Shown: positions 29,457 to 37,127 of the stretch, piece by piece
Numbering within the stretch: the first letter of the stretch is position 1
How the letters are laid out: each line of letters opens with the position of its first letter
From: an uncultured Pseudomonadota bacterium
GTDB taxonomy: Bacteria; Myxococcota_A; Polyangia; Fen-1088
Assembly: GCA_963847705.1 (NCBI GenBank)
Contig: CAWKBC010000030.1
Span: 128,001-192,000, forward strand
Reading direction: 5' to 3'
Length of the DNA: 64,000 bases
Program-made: the position numbers and the translations under genes
The notes under the pieces: model-generated
Told to the model about the DNA's origin: nothing
Databases searched by the model: none
What the model saw: only the letters and a program-made list of their open reading frames with translations

Positions 29457-30073
29457 CCCTCCGACGGGCGCACCCACCGTCCGCGGCTGCTATCGACCGC
29501 GCGCCGATGTATTGGTTTCTGCGCGCCGCTCCCTTTCAACTTCAACGCCGGGTCTCTCCCGACGGAAATCTGGCGGAAGGAGCCCATGAAGCGCCCCATC
29601 TCGGCTTCATGCTCGGCGGCACGAGCGTGACGGCGGCGGCTCCCTGGGCGGCGCTCACCAGCGCCGTCCTCCCGCGCACGAACTTCTTTCATTACACGAC
29701 GGGGGCCACGGTTCACGGGGATCACCCGAAGGCCATGCGTCTTCTGGGACAGACCCACGCAGGCGGCGGCGCGCGGCAGAAGCTCGTCGCGCGTCTCCCA
29801 CAACCACGGGTCGGGGTCCTGTCGGCGCCCCTGCGAGAGATCGTGCGCGAGGATCCGCAGCCGCTCACTCAGCCGGGCGAGCGCGCCCCGCGAGCAGTCG
29901 GCTGTCACGGCATCAACCCCCTGCCGCCCGGCGAACGGCGGGTGCGTGAAGGGCGGCGGGGCGACAGCGCGGTGCGCAAGCGCGGTTGGCGCGGCGACAG
30001 GCGTCGGCGGAGGGGTGCGGCGGCAAGCCGCGGCCACGGCGGCGATCACCAGGGCGACGTGGAGGCGGGACAT
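29369..30073 (-). CDS. Hypothetical lipoprotein (3' part probably readthrough)
   Basis: MSRLHVALVIAAVAAAC lipobox, Pro-rich linker, helical domain; C-terminal half overlaps opposite-strand features. Confidence 0.4.
   Translation of the reverse strand: MSRLHVALVIAAVAAACRRTPPPTPVAAPTALAHRAVAPPPFTHPPFAGRQGVDAVTADCSRGALARLSERLRILAHDLSQGRRQDPDPWLWETRDELLPRAAACVGLSQKTHGLRVIPVNRGPRRVMKEVRAREDGAGERRPGSRRRHARAAEHEAEMGRFMGSFRQISVGRDPALKLKGSGAQKPIHRRAVDSSRGRWVRPSEGYWSSPPIAEYQALAMRVYPASLGCSESL
29509..29535 (+). promoter_or_regulatory. Putative ECF promoter GTATTG-N16-CCCTT (gene remnant)
   Basis: GTATTGGTTTCTGCGCGCCGCTCCCTT, followed by AAGGAG RBS and ATG 29586. Confidence 0.65.
29586..29760 (+). pseudogene. 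Frameshifted/deleted gene remnant
   Basis: RBS+ATG frame closes after 14 codons; another frame reads AAAPWAALTSAVLPRTNFFHYTTGATVHGDHPKAMRLLGQT. Confidence 0.4.
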
Positions 30074-30170
30074 CGTCTTCGAAAGGGGGCGGGCGGCGCG
30101 GAGTGATGCGCGTGCCGCTACGTGATCAGGCGCGACGAGAGGCCGGCGCTCAGATCCGGGCTCCGGACGG

Positions 30171-30197
30171 GTATCAATTTTGTGGATCGGTTCCCTT
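30171..30197 (+). promoter_or_regulatory. Putative ECF promoter GTATCA-N16-CCCTT (GH5)
   Basis: GTATCAATTTTGTGGATCGGTTCCCTT. Confidence 0.75.
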
Positions 30198-30248
30198 TAC
30201 CAAGGACACGCACATCCCTTCGGGGAGTCACTTGACCGAAGGAGAACC

Positions 30249-31769
30249 ATGGCGGCGCTGGCAAAGGCGAAGAGTGCTCTTTTAATTGTCGGCGGCGGCG
30301 CCGCGTTGACTTTGGTCCTCCTGACGCCGGGCTGCGGCGGCGCGAACAGCGCCGACGACGGCGGCGGAAGCGGCGGCCCGACTGAGACCGGGGGAATGAC
30401 CGGCGGGACGAACGGCGGCCCCGGGACCGGGGGTACGACCGGCAGTGGGGGCTCCGCCACGGGCACCGGCGGCGTCGGTCCGGGTACAGGCGGGGTTGGT
30501 TCGGGCGGGGTCGGTGCGGGCGGTGGCGGCGCCGGCGCAGGCGGGGCTGGTGCGGGCGGTGGCGGCGCCGGTAGGGGCGCCGGCGGTACGCCTGCGAATA
30601 CAGGCGGCACCGTCGGGACCGGCGGCACGACAGCCACCGGTGGGGCGTCCGGTTCCGGTGGCGCGGCAGGCCACGGTGCGGCCGGAAGCTCGGGAACGGG
30701 TGGCAGCCCCGGGGGGACAACGGGGCAGCTCACGCCGCAACAGGCGGTGAAGCTGATGGCTCCAGGCTGGAGCCTGGGCAACTCCTTCGACGGGAATCCG
30801 ACGGTGACCAGCTGGGGAAACCCCGCGCCCACTCAAACCTTCATCAAGGCCCTCCACGCAGCGGGGTTCAATACCTTGAGGCTGCCCGTCACCTGGACGG
30901 ATCACATCGGCGCCGCCCCAACGTACACCATCGACTCCGCCTGGATGAACCAGGTCGCGCAGACTGTGCAGTGGGCCGTCGACGCCGGCATGTTCGTCTT
31001 CGTCAACACACACCACGAGGCGGATGGGAATGGAGGGTGGATCAGCTTTCCCGCGACGACATCGGCCGCGCAAGGCGTGGCCGCCGAGGTCACCGCGGTC
31101 TGGACGCAGATAGCCACGGCCTTCCAGTCATTCAACAGCCGACTGATGTTCGAGTGCTTCAACGAGCCCAACGAGGCCGGCGGCGGCAACACCCCGCAGG
31201 CGCAAACGGACCTCAACATCTACCTCGAGGCTTGTTTCAAGGCGATCCGCGACACCGGTGGAGCCAACGCGACACGCATCATCATGATCCAGCCGGTCGG
31301 CGCCAGCCCCATCCAGTCGGGCATCCAGTCCATGCAGAAGGTGAGCTTCATCAACGATCCCAACCTCCTCATCTCGCTCCACACCTACTACCCCACGAAC
31401 TTTGGCCTGAGCGAGACGCCCTACGCCTGGGGGAGCAGCGCGGACTACACCAGCATGCAGAATTCCATCGCCCAGCAGATCCGGGTGTGGCTGCCCACCC
31501 AGCCGATCGTCATCGGCGAATGGGGCTCCATGGGTGCTCAGGCGACGGCCAACAGGGCCGCGCATGCGCTGGCCTATTCTCAGGACGTGACGACGGCCGG
31601 GATGGTCCCCGTGTGGTGGGACAACGGAGGCAGCGGCAACGGCTCTTACGGGCTCTTCAACAGGACCACGGGCGCCCAGACCTACCCGACGATCGTTGGC
31701 GGGATCATGACCGGGGTTGCCAACGGTCAAGCGTCGTCCAACAACTGGGCGACGCTGGCCAAGCCATAA
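30249..31769 (+). CDS. GH5 endoglucanase/xyloglucanase (subfamily 4-like) lipoprotein
   Basis: AAGGAG RBS; TPGC lipobox; GWSLGNSFD; GFNTLRLPVTW; NTHHE; FNEP; HTYYP; IGEWG; WWDNG. Confidence 0.92.
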   Translation: MAALAKAKSALLIVGGGAALTLVLLTPGCGGANSADDGGGSGGPTETGGMTGGTNGGPGTGGTTGSGGSATGTGGVGPGTGGVGSGGVGAGGGGAGAGGAGAGGGGAGRGAGGTPANTGGTVGTGGTTATGGASGSGGAAGHGAAGSSGTGGSPGGTTGQLTPQQAVKLMAPGWSLGNSFDGNPTVTSWGNPAPTQTFIKALHAAGFNTLRLPVTWTDHIGAAPTYTIDSAWMNQVAQTVQWAVDAGMFVFVNTHHEADGNGGWISFPATTSAAQGVAAEVTAVWTQIATAFQSFNSRLMFECFNEPNEAGGGNTPQAQTDLNIYLEACFKAIRDTGGANATRIIMIQPVGASPIQSGIQSMQKVSFINDPNLLISLHTYYPTNFGLSETPYAWGSSADYTSMQNSIAQQIRVWLPTQPIVIGEWGSMGAQATANRAAHALAYSQDVTTAGMVPVWWDNGGSGNGSYGLFNRTTGAQTYPTIVGGIMTGVANGQASSNNWATLAKP

Positions 31770-31838
31770 AGGAGGCGGATCCGAAGGATGGGCGCCGGAC
31801 AGACAAGCCGGCCTCCGCAGTGGGGCGCGAGACTGTGG

Positions 31839-31865
31839 GTATTGGTTTGGGCGGACCATCCCCTT
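31839..31865 (+). promoter_or_regulatory. Putative ECF promoter GTATTG-N16-CCCTT (orphan anti-sigma-like gene)
   Basis: GTATTGGTTTGGGCGGACCATCCCCTT; GTG start 7 nt downstream, suggesting a leaderless mRNA. Confidence 0.68.
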
Positions 31866-31872
31866 TGGAAGG

Positions 31873-32262
31873 GTGGTGGAACGTCTGCGCGAAAAGAAAC
31901 CGATTCCCGGGTCGCTGGAAGCGATCCTGGTCGAAGCGGTCAAGGCCCAGCAGCGAGTCGAGACCTCGCCCGTCAGCCAGCGGCGGGTCTTCGAGCGCGT
32001 TCTGGCCCGGGCGCTCGAGCAACGCTCGGTGCGCAGACTCCACAGGCGAGTGCTCCTCAGCTCACTTGTACTGGGCGGCTTGCTGTCTGTCGCCGGCGCG
32101 ACCGTCGCCTCCATGCTCTCCCGACGCTGGACCACCAAGGGAGCAGCGACCTGCGACGATCGTGCGGCCGTTCAACCAGATGCCAGCCGCTTGACGAAGG
32201 ATCCTTCGCAACCCGTTCCGGCCCGTTACAGCGCCGGCATCTCGTCGCGTGTGACGACGTAG
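31873..32262 (+). CDS. Orphan anti-sigma-like protein (N-domain + TM only, no TPR)
   Basis: EAILVEAVKA..SQRRVFERVL..RRVLLSSLVLGGLLSVAGATVAS parallels EGRLIDLLSA..SQKHRSLQAIL..RPAVVFGVLFLVAGVSAAA of module A. Confidence 0.55.
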   Translation: MVERLREKKPIPGSLEAILVEAVKAQQRVETSPVSQRRVFERVLARALEQRSVRRLHRRVLLSSLVLGGLLSVAGATVASMLSRRWTTKGAATCDDRAAVQPDASRLTKDPSQPVPARYSAGISSRVTT

Positions 32263-33626
32263 CTGCTGGTGTAGACGGACTGGAGGTGTGAAACCGAGTT
32301 GGACGGGGACTCGTAGTACGGCGCCGTCCAGACGTTGAAGAAGAGCCACTTGGTCCCTGTCGTCATGAGTTGCGTCGGGTCGGGAATGGGACCGCATTCG
32401 TGCAGCGCGATCGGCATGCGCGATCCGAAGACGGCGACGCACTTCTCGTAGAGCGCGTTCTGAGGATCGTAGTTCCCGTCGCCGGCATAGATGTCGGCGC
32501 CGCCGATGTCGACCAGGCTCTTGCCGGGATAAAAGGACGCGTCGGGACTGCCGTCATAGGGTAAGAGCCAGATCATGTTGGTGAGTCCCTTGGTGGCCGT
32601 CAGATAGTCGAACGCGTACTTGTAGACACGCACGTACTGCGCGCCGCCTTCCATCGACCACCAGAACCAGGTTCCGCCGGCCTCGTGAAACAGGCGCATG
32701 ATCGCGACGCCGTCGGCGTCCTCTACCGTCTGGACCATCCGCGCGACGTTGTCGAGGCGGGTCTTGAACGTCTGGTTGTAGGTGCTCCCTTCCGTGAGCA
32801 GCGTGTTGATGTCGGTCTTGGTCATCGCGCTCTGGTAGCCGTCGCCGTTCACGATCCCCATGTGGTAGCCGAACATGCAGAGGCCGTTCTTCTTCGAATG
32901 GGCCACGCATTGGGTCGGTGCCATGCTGTTGTTCACGTCGAACGCCCGGATGGCCGGATACTTGCCGGTGTTCGCCGCGATGTAAGTCATGGCGTCGTCG
33001 TCGTTGTTCTCCTCTTGGCCCGCCAAGATGTGATTGCCGTAGGTCTGGTAGAGGTAGCAGAGGGCGGCGCGCGTCTTCGCCGTGGCGTTGGGCGTGACCG
33101 GTTCGACGCCACAGCCACCGCTGGTGCCGGCCGTGGCGCCCGCTCCACCGCCTCCGGTGGCGTGGCCGCCGGCACCGGCGGCTCCACCACCCGTCGCGTG
33201 ACCGCCCGCGCCTCCCAGTGCGCCGCCGGCTCCGCTGCGGCCGGCCTGCCCGCCGCCCGTGCCCACGTTGCCGCCATTCCCGTTGGTTCCGCCCGTCCCC
33301 GTCGTTCCGCCGCTTCCCTTGCTGCCGCCCGCGCCCGTGGTTCCTCCGCTTCCTGTCGTGCCGCCGGTCGCGACCGCTCCGCCACTTCCGACCGCACCTC
33401 CGGTACCCGCGCCGGCGGCTCCGCCAGTGCCCGGTTCGACGCCGCCGCCGGAGCCGGTGCCCTCGACGCCACCCGACCCGGGTCCCGCTCCGCCGGTCCC
33501 GGAGCTGCCGCCGGTCGTCGTTCCGCCCGCGCCGTTCGGAGGTCCCGCGTCGTCCGCGCTTCCCGGTTCAGTACAGGCAGTGACGACCAACGCAAGAAGG
33601 ACGCAAGGCAGAACCGCTCTCTTCAT
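32226..33626 (-). CDS. GH26 beta-mannanase-like lipoprotein
   Basis: VTAC lipobox; YGNHILAGQEE; RLFHEAGGTWFWW; FYPGKSLVDIGGADIY; PIALHECGPIPDP. Confidence 0.9.
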   Translation of the reverse strand: MKRAVLPCVLLALVVTACTEPGSADDAGPPNGAGGTTTGGSSGTGGAGPGSGGVEGTGSGGGVEPGTGGAAGAGTGGAVGSGGAVATGGTTGSGGTTGAGGSKGSGGTTGTGGTNGNGGNVGTGGGQAGRSGAGGALGGAGGHATGGGAAGAGGHATGGGGAGATAGTSGGCGVEPVTPNATAKTRAALCYLYQTYGNHILAGQEENNDDDAMTYIAANTGKYPAIRAFDVNNSMAPTQCVAHSKKNGLCMFGYHMGIVNGDGYQSAMTKTDINTLLTEGSTYNQTFKTRLDNVARMVQTVEDADGVAIMRLFHEAGGTWFWWSMEGGAQYVRVYKYAFDYLTATKGLTNMIWLLPYDGSPDASFYPGKSLVDIGGADIYAGDGNYDPQNALYEKCVAVFGSRMPIALHECGPIPDPTQLMTTGTKWLFFNVWTAPYYESPSNSVSHLQSVYTSSYVVTRDEMPAL

Positions 33627-33676
33627 GATGGTGCGTGGAAGAGGGCATCGCCTGCGGTTTCCTTCCTGCGATCTTC

Positions 33677-34456
33677 CTATTCAGCGATGACGCCGGTGGG
33701 GCCGACCCGCGAGAGGCTGATCGCGCAGTCGTCGATCGCCACCACCGCCGTCGATGGGGTCAGATTCTCGCCGACGTTGACCACGTCCCATTCGACCCAG
33801 GGGGTCGGCGCCATCGGTTGCCCGGACACGTCGACGACCATCCGTCCGTCCAACCAGATCGTGAGCCGCCCCGAATCGTCCTGCGCGTTTCGATAAAAGG
33901 CCTCGATCTGGAACCAGACACCGACCGGAACCACCGGAGCCGGCGTGACGATCGGGACGTCGGCCCCAGACTGGTGATCGTAGAGCAACAACGTCAATGA
34001 ACCGTCCGCCGCGTTCGTGAGCTCCAGGTCGTAGAACTCATTCTCCGTGTTGGGGTCGTTGGCGTCGTTGCGCAGGCGGAACTTGAGCAGGAGCCAGAAG
34101 TTCCCCACGGAGATCGTCCGCGGGAGATAGTACCAGGCGCTGTAGTAGGCCTCGACGGGGAGTCCTTCTTTCCGCGTGAGACCGGCGTTCTCTTGCGTGC
34201 CATCCGATCCGGCGTCGATGGTCAGCGCGGCGGCGTTGCGACCGTGGTGAGCGTAGGTGCTGGACACCACGATCGTGTCGCCGGAATCCGGATAAGCGTT
34301 GGCAGACCCGCCGACGTTCGTCCACTCATCGAAGGTGCCGTCTTCGAAGAGCGCGGTCCACAGCACGTTCGATCCGAGGTCCATCCGAGGTCCGCACCCG
34401 GCGGCCAGGACCCCGAAGAGGACGGCCGCCGCGATCGCGGGGCGCCCGTGCGCCAT
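33677..34456 (-). CDS. Polysaccharide-lyase-like beta-jelly-roll lipoprotein, module B
   Basis: AAGC lipobox; LWTALFEDGTFDEW; EAYYSAWYYLP; WFQIEAFYRN; IDDCAISLSRVGPTG; TGATG overlap with upstream gene. Confidence 0.75.
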   Translation of the reverse strand: MAHGRPAIAAAVLFGVLAAGCGPRMDLGSNVLWTALFEDGTFDEWTNVGGSANAYPDSGDTIVVSSTYAHHGRNAAALTIDAGSDGTQENAGLTRKEGLPVEAYYSAWYYLPRTISVGNFWLLLKFRLRNDANDPNTENEFYDLELTNAADGSLTLLLYDHQSGADVPIVTPAPVVPVGVWFQIEAFYRNAQDDSGRLTIWLDGRMVVDVSGQPMAPTPWVEWDVVNVGENLTPSTAVVAIDDCAISLSRVGPTGVIAE

Positions 34457-35415
34457 CAAAGCAGCCCCCACGAGATGCCGGCCGTCGCGCCAACGTTCCA
34501 CGGCGCCGCTCGACCGAGATCGCCGGCCGGCAGCGCGAACATCTCCGGTGCACCGGGAAACCACGCAGCGTCGAGCAGGAAGAACGGCGACCACCTCCGT
34601 CGCGTCGCAACCAGCAGCCCGGCCGCCGCGCGGGGACCAACCGCGTAGGAGACCTGCGCCTGGGCGACCGACAGCGTGGTCGCGCGAGCGGCGAGAAGCT
34701 CGAACACGGCACCGAGCTCGACGAAGACGCGCGTGCGCCCGGTCGTCGGCCCGACGGCAGCGCGCACATCCACGTCGGCGGTCGCTCGCCATTGGCGGAA
34801 CCCGACACCTCCGGCATCGAGGTCGAATGGACCGGAGACGCCGAGGCCGACGACCGGGACGAGTGGTCGATGTCCGAACGCGATCCGGAAGAGAAGCCCG
34901 GGCGCAATTGTCGATGCGGCGCCGCCCAGAACCGCGTCGGCGGTCACGCCCAGGTCCAGGTGAAGCCGCGCGACGGCCGGCGCGGACAGAGCCTCAGGCG
35001 GCGCGGCACGAACGGCCTCGATCGGCGGTGGTGCGGCCGGAGAGGGACCCGCCGCCGTCGGTTCGGCTCCGGCGACGATGGCCACAAACAGGGCGGCGAA
35101 TTGGGCCCGCTTCTCGCAGTCCCGGGACAGGTCCCCGTATTCGCGGACGTGGCTTCCTGCGGTGACCCGGACGGATGGACCGAGGTCGGCGATCTGCACG
35201 GGGGCCCCTTGCCCACCCAGCAAGTGTATCCGGTCGACCAAGATCTGGCCTGGGACGAGCGGCAGCAGATGCTGCCAGACGAGCGCGGGGGACGGGCAGC
35301 TGCCAAAACCTCCGATCAGCGACGCGGGATCCACGCTCCGCGCGGCGGCCCCGGACATGGCGCCGAACAATACGGCCATCCCGACCATCAGAGGGGAGGT
35401 GCGCGGCCCACTCAC
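34456..35415 (-). CDS. Secreted protein with Cys-pair N-domain and predicted small beta-barrel C-domain, module B
   Basis: Signal peptide; CPSPALVW..IADLGPSVRV..DLSRDCEKRAQFAALFV; ends WNVGATAGISWGLL. Confidence 0.7.
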   Translation of the reverse strand: MSGPRTSPLMVGMAVLFGAMSGAAARSVDPASLIGGFGSCPSPALVWQHLLPLVPGQILVDRIHLLGGQGAPVQIADLGPSVRVTAGSHVREYGDLSRDCEKRAQFAALFVAIVAGAEPTAAGPSPAAPPPIEAVRAAPPEALSAPAVARLHLDLGVTADAVLGGAASTIAPGLLFRIAFGHRPLVPVVGLGVSGPFDLDAGGVGFRQWRATADVDVRAAVGPTTGRTRVFVELGAVFELLAARATTLSVAQAQVSYAVGPRAAAGLLVATRRRWSPFFLLDAAWFPGAPEMFALPAGDLGRAAPWNVGATAGISWGLL

Positions 35416-35500
35416 GTCATGACGATATCCGAAGCGAAGCCGCCGACGAATCTCTGACGGGACTCATTTAATCAGTCGGGCCTGTCGATTTCGGTAAGGA

Positions 35501-36160
35501 ATGGCCGCTGACGGACCCTCTTCCACACTGATGGCTGGACTTTCGGTTTCGGTGGACTCCGGTTCGCCGAACCATCAGGACGCAAGCTCACGTTTGGTGC
35601 GGCGCACGCAGTTCTTGACGCTTTACGACGTATGGTGCGAGAGCGTCATGAGATGGATCCGGGCTCTCGGGGGACCCGAGGCGGACCGGGACGACATCGC
35701 GCAGGAGGTGTTCTTGGTCGCCAGTCGGCGGCTTCATGCCTTCGATGGCAGCAACCCGGCAGGCTGGCTCTACCGGATCACTCAGCGTCAGGTCCGTGAC
35801 TTCCGACGCCGGACCTGGATAAGGAGGATTTTCAACCGAGAGCACACCGACGCCGTCGAGACGTTGCCGGACGATGGCTCCAGCCCCGCGCGAGCGCTCG
35901 AGCGCAAGGAGAAACAACGCATCTTGAACGCGCTGCTTTCCAAGATGAACGTCGACCGACGGGCGGCCTTCGTCCTCTTCGAGATCGACGGGCTATCCGG
36001 GGAAGAGATCGCCAAGATTCAAGGCGTCGCCGTCAATACGGTCTGGAAGCGGCTGCATGTCGCGAGGAAGGAATTCATGGCGCTCGTCGCGCGTCACCAG
36101 CACGGCTACGATCCAGCGGCGCCGCTGGCCGGACGGCGAGGGAAGGGGGGGCGAACCTGA
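35501..36160 (+). CDS. ECF RNA polymerase sigma factor, module B
   Basis: DDIAQEVFLV..GWLYRITQRQVRDFRR; FVLFEIDGLSGEEIAKIQGVAVNTVWKRLHVAR. Confidence 0.93.
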   Translation: MAADGPSSTLMAGLSVSVDSGSPNHQDASSRLVRRTQFLTLYDVWCESVMRWIRALGGPEADRDDIAQEVFLVASRRLHAFDGSNPAGWLYRITQRQVRDFRRRTWIRRIFNREHTDAVETLPDDGSSPARALERKEKQRILNALLSKMNVDRRAAFVLFEIDGLSGEEIAKIQGVAVNTVWKRLHVARKEFMALVARHQHGYDPAAPLAGRRGKGGRT

Positions 36161-36921
36161 TGGCGACTCGAGACGACGACGTCTTCGCTCCGTTCGGCCG
36201 GTTGGCCGACGCGTCCCGCGATCGCCCGGGCGAGACGGGAGGGGTTCGCGCGCGTGCGGTCGAGCTGATCGAGAGCATGGATCCCCTCCGGTTCCCGGCC
36301 GCCCGCAAGCAACGCCTGTTGTTGAGCCTGGGCCGCGGGTCGGTGAAGCAGCGATGGATGTGGCTTCGCCCGGTCGTGGTCGGGTCCGTGCTGCTGGGCG
36401 GCGGCGCGGCGGCCAGCGCGGCGCTCACGGGTTGGCCGGCGCGCCTGATGCGCTCTCTGGAGACGCACGTCTCGCCGAGAGCCGAGGTTCGGCCGGTCAT
36501 GCGGCCCTCTGCGGCACCTGCGGCGCCGATGATTGCGCCCACGGCGGTGGTCGAGGCGCGTCCCGTCCCGGCACCGCGGACCCCGGTCTCGGCGCCAGTC
36601 CGCCGGTCGCCGATCGAAGGGCCGGCTCGTCGGCCGCAAGCGGAGCAGCTCGCCGACGATCCCTCGCTGCTCGTCGGGGCGACGCACGCGCTGCGGGTCG
36701 ACCGGGATCCGGAGCTGGCACGCGCGCTGGCCAAGCGCTACCTCGATCGACAACCGAAGGGCGCGCTGGCGGACGAAGCGCTCGCCATCTCGATCGAGGC
36801 CGCCATCGATCACCGCGACGCCGACGCCGCGGCGCTGAGCGCCAGGTACCTGGCTCAGTTCCCGCACGGCTCGTTTCGCGCGCTCGCGGAGCGGACGCTG
36901 GCCTCGTCTCAGAGCCGTTAG
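36160..36921 (+). CDS. Putative anti-sigma factor (N-domain, TM, Pro-rich linker, TPR-like), module B
   Basis: TGATG coupling to ECF; TM RPVVVGSVLLGGGAAASAAL; RYLDRQPKGALADEALAISIEAA..YLAQFPHGSF. Confidence 0.78.
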   Translation: MATRDDDVFAPFGRLADASRDRPGETGGVRARAVELIESMDPLRFPAARKQRLLLSLGRGSVKQRWMWLRPVVVGSVLLGGGAAASAALTGWPARLMRSLETHVSPRAEVRPVMRPSAAPAAPMIAPTAVVEARPVPAPRTPVSAPVRRSPIEGPARRPQAEQLADDPSLLVGATHALRVDRDPELARALAKRYLDRQPKGALADEALAISIEAAIDHRDADAAALSARYLAQFPHGSFRALAERTLASSQSR

Positions 36922-37127
36922 CTGGCGCAGGTCCTGACGTCGTTTCCGGGGAAGATCCTCGTTCCCCGTCCCTTAGTGGGGGGGCGACCATCGCGTTCGA
37001 ATCGCTCGCAGCTCGGCACGCCTCGCTATTGCCCGTGAAGCCGCAGTCGACAATCCGCGCGGCCGCGGTCAGGGGGCGGTGGGTGTTTTGGGGGAAGGTC
37101 GACTTCCCTCATCGCCCTTGTTCGGCC

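Noticed and set aside
37083-37110. Ninth ECF promoter upstream of the third GH26
   Set aside because: GTGTTT-N17-CCCTC deviates in both boxes and in spacing
36057-37127. 853-aa GH26 fusion ORF
   Set aside because: N-terminal part overlaps the anti-sigma out of frame; the signal peptide begins at 37128
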